In this document: piece by piece, positions 39,001 through 51,600 of the stretch
Layout of the letters: the number at the start of each line of letters is the position of its first letter
Numbering within the stretch: position 1 is the first letter of the stretch
Assembly: GCA_964016885.1 (NCBI GenBank)
Contig: OZ024742.1
Span: 58,590,001-58,654,000 of the forward strand
Direction of reading: 5' to 3'
DNA length: 64,000 bases
From: Eledone cirrhosa
Taxonomy: Eukaryota
Position numbers and translations under genes: made by a program
Notes under the pieces: model-generated
The model's input: the letters and a program-made list of their open reading frames with translations, nothing else
Database searches by the model: none
What the model was told of the DNA's origin: nothing

Positions 39001-42000
39001 ACTTTAGTTCACTGCAATTTTCCAAAATAATCTCACCACCAATAAAGATAGTATAAAGGAACTAGATACAACTGTATAGAAAATTAAACTTTTGCACCAT
39101 GTGAAATGCCTTGAAGTGACAAGTATGTTAAATGATCAATCTGAGACAAACAGCATAGAACTGTCAAATATCTGTAACTTAAGTTGGTTTGAAACATTTC
39201 TCACATAACTCACATCAGACCTAGTTCAAGTTGATGTTGTTCTTGTGTTATACTTGTTATACTTTTTGTTTTATTTGTTTATTTTTATTACTTATGGTCC
39301 CTTTTTATGTCTTGATTCTAAATTTAAGGCGTGGCTCTCTTCTATCTTGTACATTGCTTAACTATTTTTTTATAAACTAGTAAACTGTGTGTGTATATAT
39401 GTATGTATATGTGTGTGTATACACACACACACACACACACACACACATTCATATACTCATTGCTGATTATTGTGTATGTATGTATGTATAAGTATATATA
39501 CAGGGTGCGGACGATATTTGTTCGCAAGATTACTGTCTAGGAAAAGAAAAAATAACACAGTTTTATTTAAAGATATATTTATCAAACTTGGGTCAGTTTG
39601 TCTTCATGACTTGTTCTTTCGATCTCACTCGATAAATCCGCCATTGGCTTTGATGACTGCCTCGGAACCGGCTACAGGCCTTTGTCACTGTTCCCCGACT
39701 TAGGCCCCTAAAGGCACTTGTGAACCTGGCATTCAGATCGTCTTTCGTATTGCAGCTAGATCTGTTGGTGTCTCGTTCCACTGCGCCCACACAAAGAAGT
39801 TGAGGGGGTTGCAGTCAGGCGAGCTGGGAGGCCAGATGTCAGGCGAAGTGTGGTCGATGAAGTTCTCTGACAGCCAGGCTTGGGTCTTTCAGCTGGTATG
39901 GCAGGGTGCTGAGTCTTGCTGCCACACGTATGGCCTACCTGCAGCTACCTGGTCGATCCAGGGCTTTACTACCTCGCTCAGAATGCGGATGTAGCCATCG
40001 GTGTTCAGCTTGAGGCCCTCAGGGAAGAAGTGAGGTGGCATGACATCACCTTGACTGCTGGCGACACCTAAGACCAATGTTGTCGCTGGAAACTTTGTCT
40101 GCATGACTCTGGGCACGGCTTTGGATGAGACAGCGAGCCACCTGTTGTTCTGGGAGTTGATCTTCTGGTCTTGGCAGGGGTTTTTCTTGGAGAAAAACCA
40201 CAGCATGTCTGGCTCCAGTGGGTGTTTCAACTTGTTGATCAGCTTCTTTGCGTGCTTCAGTCGCTTTTCTTGCATCACCTTTGACAGAAATTGTCCTTTC
40301 CTCATCTTGTATGAAACGTAGCGAATCTCTTCATGTACCACCAGCCTAATGAGCTTTTCATCCACGCCTTTCTCCCTTGCAATGTCACGCATCGACTTGC
40401 TAGGTTCATTGTTGAGGATATCCTGAACTTCAGCGATGAACTCAGGCGTTCTGAAGGCGTCAGATTGTCCATCATGTGTTTTCCTCTCTGATGTTGTAGT
40501 CGAATCCTGAATCTTCCAATTCCTTTCTGATCTTTTCCACCATTCTCCTGCTAACGCTGAGAAAGTCTGAAATTTCTTTATTTGTCCTCCCGGCGCGGAT
40601 TCCAAGAAGAACTCTGTGTCTCTTCCACAAATAGGGAGGTTCAAAATTATTCATAATCAATTATTCTGAAAATAAATAATGGAAATATAGTCACTGTTTT
40701 TATGAAGACAAGAGTGACAACGGAAGTAAAAAATATTTGCATAAAATTAGCAGTTGAAAATTGCGAACAAATATCGCCCACACCCTGTAGTGTATGCTTT
40801 TACAAATTTTTCTAATGTTGATACCTAATCCCCCTATTTGTCAATCAAATGTCTTTCAACATCAACTGCCACTTCTTAATGTGGTGTTTAATTTCTTCCT
40901 TTAATTCTATTAGTGCAACTCTCTCTCCTCTCCAGTGAGGCCTATCACTCCTGATATTCTACACTACAAATATCATTCCAAAAAAAAAGATTTAGTTTAA
41001 GATGATAGAGCTGGGGATGTAGATTGGGCAAAATGGAAAAGCTTGTCATAGGACCCATGAGTCTCTCTTGCTTTAGCAGAGAAAATGGCCTTAAAACCAA
41101 GGCCTCTCAAACTCAAGGGCTCAAAAGGGCCATTACATTCTGGGGAAGAGGCACGGTGGATCCAAAGTGAGATAGTGGCGGGTATGATTTCAACCAGTTA
41201 TAATCTTATCTTAGTCCCATGACTCCTAAGGAAGTCGTAGGGAGGCCATAGTGGCATACAATGTTCTAGGGCATTTTAAAACCTGGTGCAGATTTCTTCC
41301 AGAGATGGATAGAGAGTGAGAGAATGGAAGTGAGAAAGAGATATAGAAGAATCAACCTTGGTACTAGACTACTACTATTTTTATCAATCTCGAAAGGATG
41401 AATGGCAAAATTGACCTCGGTGAGATTTGAACCGAGAGAGAGTCGGTGTCGGAATGAATATCGTAAAATATTCTATCCATGTTTTAACAACTCTGCTAAT
41501 TCGCTGCCTTGCCAGTTCTGCAATACAGCTGATAGGTTGGCAGGTCAAGCTTAATGCTGCTGTTGCAAAGAATGAAAAGAGCGAGAGGAAAAATTATCAA
41601 GTTTTAGGAAAATATTAGAAAATTGTTCTGCTGTAGATCATAGAAAAGGTAGTTTTTGGACCATGTGTTTGTGACCCTGCCATAAAATACTTGCTGTTGT
41701 GGTTGTTACAAATATCATTTCTATTTTACTCTTTTTTTTTTTTTTGTTTGATTTCATGTCAATTTTTCTTGTTTGATTTCATGTTAATCTTTCTTGTTTG
41801 TTTTAATCCAAAGGGCTTCTGGTGCTACAATTGTTAGCAGAACCGAAGAAATCAAGGAGGAAGATATTGGTACTGGATGTGGACTTTTTGATATTAGGAA
41901 GATTGGTGATGAGTATGTATTTATTGTTTTTTCTTTTTTCTATGGTTAAATAAGAAGCATAGGCATGACTGTGTGGTTGAGAAGTTTTCTTCGGAATCGC

Positions 42001-45000
42001 GTTTTCTGGTTTAGTCCCAGGGTGTGGCATCTAGACCAAGTATCTTCTATTATAACCTTTGGCCCACTAATGCCTTGTGTGTTAATGGAAACTGTAGGAA
42101 GCCTGTCATATGTGCCAGTGTGTTTGAATGGATAATAAATGATGATTATGTATAAAGTTATGTGTGTTTGTGTGTATGCCAGTTGCCGTATAAATGTCAT
42201 ATCAACATTATAAATATAATGCTAAGTGCTAACATTGTTTATGTTCTTCTTACCCTGTCCTGCAGTGTAGCAGTTAGATTCCATGTTTGCAGTATATATA
42301 CTATACTTAAAATAAAGTGTGGGTTAACATCAGGAAGTGCATCTGGCCTGAGAGAACCTACCTGCCTCAAAAATTTAATCTGTATCTATGTTGAGATGTA
42401 AAAATGGTTGATGGTATTGAAGAAGAGATTCAGAACAATCTTATTTTAACCCTCACATCACTATGGTGCTGATAAAATATGCTGCCTATATTTTTGAATT
42501 TGAAAGTAAATTCATGTGAAGTCCACATGTATTTGTTTACATATTTTTGTATCCACACAGTTTAAGAAAGCAGTAGTATGTACTATATTTGACTATATGG
42601 GTTGGTATCAGGAAAAGTATTCACTCATAGACTACTGCTCTGAAAAAGCAGATCATGAAACAAAATACAACCACATTAAGCTAGTATTAGAATGGGCATC
42701 TTCTTGTAGAAGCATGTAAAAAAGAGTTAAGAGGACTTTTCAGTCATGCCACTGACACGGCAATCTTTCTAGTGCTGGTGTCATAAAATATGCGTCCAAT
42801 ATACTCTGTAAAATGGTAGATATGAAGAAGGACATGGTAGACTTGATCCGTCACTCAGTTTATCACCTCTGACTGGCCCTTGGATTCAAGAGTCCATTCT
42901 GTTGCATGCATTCCAGATATCTGGTTTGAGGGTTTCTTCCTCACTCCTTTCTCTCTCATATGGGGAAAGTAACAATGAAAGGTAGATCAGCATATAAAGC
43001 AGGCAGGCATGGGTAACGTTTTATGAGCAGTAGGCTGCACGAGATATGGCTCATCATAAGGCAGGCAACCCCATTACTGCCGTGCCCTAGGCCCAGAGCC
43101 CAATCACCCTTCCCCTTCCTCTGTGACACTGGAGCCCTGCCTTTCCCTTTTCTGTTTTTAAAAAAAAATTTTTCTTATTTCACATTCTGTTCTTTCTTCT
43201 CATTTAACGACTTGGATTTTATATTAGGTATGCCATTCAGAAAACCAAACAGGTTGCAGTTTGCCAATGATTGATATCTGATCATAATTGTTTGGAGAGA
43301 ACTAAATGTATTAATAGATATCACCACCACCACCGTTTTTATGTCTGCTTTTCCATGATTGTGTGGTTAAGAATTTCCCTTTGCAATCATGTGGTTTTGA
43401 GTTGTGCTTCATGGATGTCTCATAATGTTTGACAAAGATGAGCAATGTGGAGCATAATTAGAATAAAGTATGGGTTGGTATCAAGGCATTCAGTCATAGA
43501 AAAACTGCCTAAAAAATCTAGTCCAACCCATGTCAGCATGGAAAAAAAAGAGTAAAAAAATGTGTTGCATCTCAGCAGGTTCTTGGGTGTTTTAATGATA
43601 ATGTCTGTCTTGTTACACTTCACAACCATGTTGGTTTAGCTGGCCTCCAAGGAGGTAGCATCTCATAGATTTCTTGAGTGTTTTAATGGTAGGGGCCTCG
43701 ATCCTACCATGAAAAAATCAAGTGAAATGAAGCGTCTTGCTCAAGCACACATGCTGCCAGTCCGGGAATGAAATCCACGACTTTTATAATTGAGTCTAGC
43801 ACTCCAACCACTAGATCATGTGCCTTCACCTTCTACCAGTGTTTCACCACAATTGATAAAACTATTTCTTTTTTTATAGGTACTTTACATATTTAATTGA
43901 TTGTAAAAATCCCAAAGCTTGTACCATTGTATTACGTGGCGCCAGTAAAGATATTCTAAATGAAGTGGAGAGGAATCTACAAGATGCTTTAAATGTTACC
44001 AGAAATGTAATCCAAGAACCAATTTTGGTACCAGGAGGTGGTGCTACAGAAATGGCCTTAGCACATGTAAGTTATTTTTTTATTTTGTGTTTCTGGGTGT
44101 AGGTTGAAATAAAGTATATTATGAGTTCTTTTTACTTATTATATGCAGTACAATTGTCACCTGTAGTATGTGAAACAGTTTGGCAACTTGTTTCAGATTG
44201 TGTGCTGTATTCTCTATAGCCGAGGTCCCCAACCTTTTTATATGAAAGGGCCACATAAACATTCCAAATTTAGATGAGGGCCGCATATTAGATTTATCCA
44301 TACTATCAAAGGCAGTTCACGTTTTTATGATGACAGACTTGCACTTATAATTGCCGCGTTTTCAATGCAAACTTGTTAGACACGTTTTTTTTTTTCCGAG
44401 AAAGTCTTTTGAAGTCAGTCGCGTTATCTAAAAGTTGAAAGACATGTAGGCACATACACGTTTTCTTTTTTGAAGTTGCGTTGCCTATATGTTGAATTTT
44501 TTCCACACACATACACATGTATATATGAAGTGTGACACTTCATATATCCTTTTAGGATATAGATTATTACTACTACTACTTGGCAAAGTAGTTTGAATTT
44601 ATATAAAAATTGCTGCAAATATTTGAAATGTAGCAAAAAATCCTGTCATGCAGTTGCTGGCTATGTGCAACTTGCTGGACAAGAGCATAATTCTTTTCTT
44701 GTTTTGAGGGTCACACTGAATATCCTTAAGGGCTGCATGCAGCCCTAGGGCCACAGGTTGGGTATACTTGCTCTAGAGGATTATTATTATTATTAGGGTA
44801 GTGGATTGGCAGTATTGGTAGGGTGTTGGACAACAATCTTTGCAGCATATAGTTATGGCCCTTTACATTCTGGGTTCAAATCCTGCCATGGTTAGCTTTG
44901 CTGTTCATCCTTACGGGGTCGATAAAATAAAGTACCAATTAACGCGCTGGGTGAATTTGAGTTTACAGTTTACTCTTTCCTTGGCCTTGTGCCAAATGTA

Positions 45001-48000
45001 GAACAATTATTAACTCTTTCATTACCATATTTTTTATCAAATACAATATTTGAATTAATTAATGAAAAATTTGGAGGGATTTACTAAAATTATTTCATTA
45101 TTAAGCTGGTATTTGTAACATTAACTTATCAAAAGGTTCATGTGTCAAATTATATTTGAAGATTTAAATATAAATAGGGACCTTGTGAAATGGAAGGTTT
45201 TGTTTCATAGAACCAGAGACAGTTATTTTTAGGAGTGTGGGGTATCAAATGTGTTAGGTGATGGATTGGTAGACCAACTTTTGTAACAGCTCTTTACATT
45301 CAGATACTACCCTATGTTAACTTTGCCTTTCATCCTTTCAGGATTGATAAAATAAAGTATATTTTGCTAATACAGTTTCATGCAATATATGATGTTAATT
45401 ATAAAATCTCAGTTTGTGTCAAGTTGAAAAACTAATTTCACTTTGTTTTAGGCATTGAACGAGAAAGCAAAGAGTATAGTAACTGTTCATCAATGGCCAT
45501 ATCGTGCTATTGCCAAGGCTCTGGAGATTATTCCTTCTACCTTAATTCAGAACTGTGGTGCCAGTACTATTCGTACTCTTACAGCTCTCAGAGTAAGTGT
45601 TTCATTTAACTTGGATATTTATACCTTATTTTTCATGTTATTGATTTTTGCTTATCTCAAAGTGGATATATATGTGTATATATATATATATATCCATGGC
45701 ATATTTCTATGTGGATATATATCTGTGTGTATTTAACTATACATATCTATATTAATGTTATCTATCTGAATATATTTATATGAATATATTTATATGAGTA
45801 AATATATCATCTATTGGCCACATGTGGCACTATGCTGTGTGTGTTGTTTTGCTTTCTTTACTATGTCTTCTATGTGTGCTGTGGATGTTTTAAAGGTCTT
45901 GTCTACAACTCTTAGCAATTCATGTGTTAATTTATGTATTCTAGTTTATTAGATGTTTATGTGAGAGGATCCTTAAGTTACTGTTAAGTTACCTGTCCGG
46001 TGCTGGCTCCATGAAAAATGCTCTCAGTAGACTGGCTGATGATAGGATGGGCACCCACTTGTAGAAACCAGGCCAAAAGGAAAAAAAAAGCTGAATGGAC
46101 TCTTCAGTTGTGTTAAAAACATAACTTCCTTAGTGCTGGTTATTCACTAAAATGCACTCACTATACTAGAGTATAGGAATGTACATAAGTGAGATCTCGC
46201 TCTCCCCATCCACACTCCATGTGAGAGGTCAGTAGCATGACTGGTCTGTGATGATCCATGCAAGACTTACTAGCAGAGAAAACGAATGTTGATGGTGTGT
46301 GACCTTGTGCTAGTGGTTAGGATGTTAGTCTCACAGTTACATAGTCAATCACAGGACTGGGCATCAAGCTGTATTTGTGGACAAAGCACTTCATTTCATG
46401 TTGACACCGTTTACTCAACTGTAAAATAAGTGCCAGGGAAGAATCAGTCACTTAACCCTTCATGAAACTGGGATAAGCTCTGGCTTTTTCAGCCTCTAAG
46501 CTTGGGAGGGACTTTACATTTTTAATGTGTGTGGTGATTTGCTTTCTTTACTATGTGTACTGAAGGTGTTGTCTTGTAAGAAGAGAGGTGGTGGTTTGGT
46601 TTGTGCTAAATTGTACATACTGCTCACACCTAAGTAGATTTAGCTGGCCTAATAGGATGACAGGGATCCCAGTCATACATTGTGTTGGTTTGAAGCCCTA
46701 TTTCAAGGTGGCTGATGTAGGAGTAGTTGTGACTTAGAGAATGATGAAAGGATATGTTTAGTGTAATGTCCATGCCATATGAAACTTTTTTTGTGTGGTG
46801 GTGTGAAAGGAAACATCTATGTGGTTGCTCAATCAGCAAGAAATTGTAGCCAAATGTTCTTGTGTGTTTAGGGTTATTGTTGGCATCATTTATGGTCATA
46901 TAATGTGAACCAAAATTATTAGGGTGCCTTTGTTACCTCATCTGGCTACAGCCAATTACTTTCAGAGAGATACCCCAGTACAGAACTTATTTACCATACT
47001 GAAACAAGTGACTGGCAATGTTGGCTTCAGTGGGATTTGAACTCAGTGTGACAAAGCCAGAACAAATGTCAGAAGACATTCGATTTGATGCTCTAATCAC
47101 TCTGCAGCTTTGCTTCCTTGTATATATATATATATGCATATGTATGTGTGCGTGTGTGTGTGTAAATTCTGTATAACAATATATTATAGTTTTGTTATAA
47201 AGTATTTTAGTACTTTAAAGTGTGTGGTGTGATCAGTACCACTGTTGTGTCACATGTTTGGTTGTACTCTGTGTGTGTCTAATTGACAATAAATACATAA
47301 ATACAGTAATTATATAATATACCATAGAACAATTGAAATAACTAAGTCTTTATAATAATACATAGTCTCTGTTGGAATTGTTTAGTGAGAGAGTACTCTC
47401 ACATAACAACGCAACTACATACACATAACACACCTATTTTCTCTTCGGTCAATTAATTATGTGTGTGTGTGTTGGAATATTGTTTTCCCTCTCTCTCTAA
47501 ATAAAAGACATAGTAATGCTCTGGCATAGCATGATTGATATGTGACTGGGGTTGTATATTGATTGATATATGAAATATTCATGTAAATTCATGTAAACAT
47601 TTTTACAGCCTTATGGATTTTAGAAGTGAATTTCACCACCGGTCTTTAGCAACCAAGAACGAACACTCTAATGGCTGTTTTTGGCTTGCTAACCGTCTTC
47701 AGATGGGCTTGATCAATTACTGTCTCTTTTGTGGACACAAAATTAATCCTAAAGTTAATGATCAGATTGTAATATATAAATATATACACACACTCACACA
47801 GGGTGAATAAAAAAAAAATCAGGGCTGTGTAGGACCTACTCAAAATCAATCTTCAAACTGAGCACACAATTTTCAAAGTTATTTTTTGGTCTGTATTCTG
47901 TAGTGGTACTTCTAAAGATCCTCTTTGATAACCTTTCTGCAAGTTTTTCTGGAGAGATATAAAGACAGGCTTTTTTTGTGCAGTGATTGTTTTGGGCTCT

Positions 48001-48344
48001 GTTCAACAGACCATGTCAATAATTTCTTGAGTCGTCCAGAGTGTGTAGGATGGTCCTCAGACATTGTATTGAGGTTTTCCACTGTCCTCTAGGTCTGAAA
48101 CTTCTTTATCCAGTTTTGTATATTGGCATTGAAGGGAGATTTTTCTGTTTCAAAAGTTGCATGGAACTGCTTGTATGAGCCTCACTTATAGTTGTGTTTC
48201 ACATAGAAAATCTGGTGCTTGCACTGGAGACTTGTCTTTTCAGATGTATCTACCATAAGGTTGATCAGTTGAAAATGAATATTCAGTGAAACAATATGTG
48301 CACAGGGCCATTTTTTTTTAAATTATTATTTTTTTTATTTATTC

Positions 48345-48412
<68 letters not shown>

Positions 48413-48616
48413 CACACACATCTATTATATTTATATGGAGCTTGAGCAAGGTTTTAAACTTATTTTGTCTTTGTAGAATGACTTGTCATTTTTGCTATAT
48501 TTGTATTTTAATGTGTGTGTGTGCGTGTATGTATGTATGTGTGTGTGTGTGTGTGTATATGTATATATATATACAAACCCATGCAAGCGTGGAAGATGGA
48601 CGTTAAACGATGATAA

Positions 48617-48657
<41 letters not shown>

Positions 48658-51600
48658 TATAACAGCCATTGAAATATATTTTCTTATTCTTAGTAAATAC
48701 AAAACCATCCTGTACCTCTCTCACCCACATACTTAGTGATTTAAGTTTAATGTATTATTATTGTATTGTTTGTCAGGCTAAACATGCTCAACCCAACAGC
48801 ACCAGTTGGGGTATTGATGGAGAGACTGGAGAAGTGGTAGACATGAAACAGTATGGTATCTGGGAACCATGTGCAGTGAGGGCTCAGACATTCAAGACAG
48901 CCATTGAGGTTTGTACAATTTCCATTTTACTATATATTTCTCTAATCCTCTCTTTTTCTGTGTGTGTAAGGGAAGGCTGGAAGAAGAGAAAGAGTTCAAT
49001 AGATGAGTGTAGTATTGCTGAGAGTGAGAGGGGAAGACAAACAATGAATTGCCAAGGTTTATGGGAATTAGGCTAGTGATGAATGTGGTGAAGAGAAATG
49101 GAATGACATGGTTGAGTCATGTTGTGGATGGGTGAGAGGAGTGATGGGAAGAGAACTAGTGATAAATGCTGCAATGAGATGATTTGTTTATGTGTCAAAG
49201 GATGAACATGAAGGTGAGAAGAATAGAGCTAGTGATGAATGTTGGGAAGAGAAATGGAAAGAAATGGTCATGTTTTGAGGAATGATTAATTTAGCATTTG
49301 CATTACTCTCTCAAATGTCATGTTTATCTATTTACATTATTTTGAGTTAATCATATTGGAGAGGGTTATCAACTATATTTGTTTGTAATTTTGTTAATTT
49401 TCTATATGCTGAAGGGTTCAGTTAGAGACCACTCATCATCGTATCTCAAACCATTTTTTCTCTCTCCCTTATGATTTTCCCCCATGTAAATATCAAAGTT
49501 TGCACAACAGCTTTTGTCCAATTCTCAGAGTTCCCACACCTTGATGCCACATTTGGTGGGTTTAGCTGAAATATACTGTCTGAAATGTACCCTACCCTTT
49601 ATACCCAATCATTGTTTCATCAACATAGATTTTTTCCAGATATATATAGTTTTAAATTTTTTCCGATAATATTTAATATTTATAGAGATGATTGTGATTC
49701 GATTAATTTCTGCCCGGCGCATTTGAAGTATCGACTAGGAGCAAATATTGATTTAATTTTAAATACCCTGATTTTGGAATAATACTTGATGTGTTGTTTC
49801 CTTGAGCAAGAGACTTTATTTCACATTGCTCCAGTTTACTCAGTTGTAGAAATGAGATGATAGGGACTGGGATCCATATCATTCCACTGCAAAGTGGTCG
49901 TGGAGGTGCCACGGCAAAAAAGCACCCAGCACTCACTGTAAATGAGGTTGGTGTTAGGAAGGGCATCCAGCTGTAGAAATCAAGCCAGAATCAGTTCCCG
50001 TCCCACCCTTGCAAGCAGGGAAAAAAGCGGACGTAAAATGAAATGAAATGAAAATGATATAAGGGTGACTAAACCTTATATCAGTGCTTCAGTAATTCCA
50101 GTCTTGGAAATTACTTTATACTGAACATTATATTTATAGTAAAAAATGCTCAAATTTCCGCAGCATCTGTTGGTCGCCATCAAAGATCGAGTTTTGCCTG
50201 ATTTGAAATTTGTTGTTGGGCATATTGATTTGTCTCTTTTGCCACAACTCCGAAGAAAGTCTGGCAAAAACAAAAAGAAATAATCCAGTGCTTCAGCATC
50301 AGGAGGTAATGTGTGTTGTGGACCAGTATTTTCAGTAAAATTGGGAACATGTATTGGTGGTGTTTTTCAACCACGTTGTTGTAACATTTTCAATGGCGTC
50401 CTGGAGATCTTTGCTTTCATTATCAAAACAACAATCCTCGTCGGATGAAAATTCAAAAGTATATACGTCTGATTAATTTGAAGATAAATCACTGATTTTT
50501 CCTTTTATTTCTCCTTAATTTTGAATGTCATCACATGTAAAATCTTCAAAGTCGGCATCGCTACTTTCACAAGCCAGCTGTTGTACTTCCAACGTTACAA
50601 AAAGACACATGTTGTTTCCAGTTTCACTATATTATGTGTTGTATTTCATGGTAAAGGCTTTGTTACAGTAATCTCGAATCAAGATTTTGATGACATTGTT
50701 TATTTTTAGAATATCTTAGTGTCTGTGGCCGGTTTGAACAAATAATTGGGAAACAATTTCAGCCAGATTTGGCCGATCTGAACGCTAAAGAGTTAAAGTG
50801 ATTGGATGAGAGGAGTAGAGCCAGTAATAAATATGAAGAAAAATGTAATGAGATGACTGAGTCATGTGTTGAGGAAGGAGATTGCGGAAGGAAGTAGAGG
50901 AAAACAAAGACGTGGCTAGCAATGATGGAGGTGGAAATGAAAGCCAGGGAGTTACTGAGGGGACAAAATAGAGAAGTGTGTCATATGGTCTGTAAGTTTA
51001 ACCCTTGCTTTAGCTCTGAAAATCGCCTTAAAATACTTTGTATTTATGTAGTCTCCAACTTGGGTGAGTTATTGAGTTTGACATTCCTTGTTTGAGAAGT
51101 TTTATGCCAGCATGGAAAGTAGACATAAAATAACGAATAACGATATGTATGACACAACACAAGGGCCTTTTTTGTTTTCCCTGCTATAGTAGAACCCATC
51201 ATAAATATCATAATCACATGGTCCTTTTTTAGGCAATGTTTTACAGATGTATGCCCTTTCTGATGCCAACCTTTTTAGTTGCTTCTTATGACCTACAGAG
51301 ATATAGTATACTTGTTTTAAACCAGATACAAGAGACTGGATATGTTGGCCTAGCAAAACTGGCAGCTGCATCATAGCTATGCGCTGGCTCATCGCAACTG
51401 ATTCAAGGTTTCTTTGCAAAGAATGATATTTTGATCATTCACCAGGTTGTTTAATCTCCAGACATTGTTCCCCAAAATGTCTCTGAAAAGCTCCTGCTTG
51501 AAGAACTGGAAGTACATCATGCAGACTGTGACAACAGAGCTGGGTGACATTCTATGAAAAGCATTCCAGATGTGGAAAGTTTGCTGGATTACTTGTGTGG

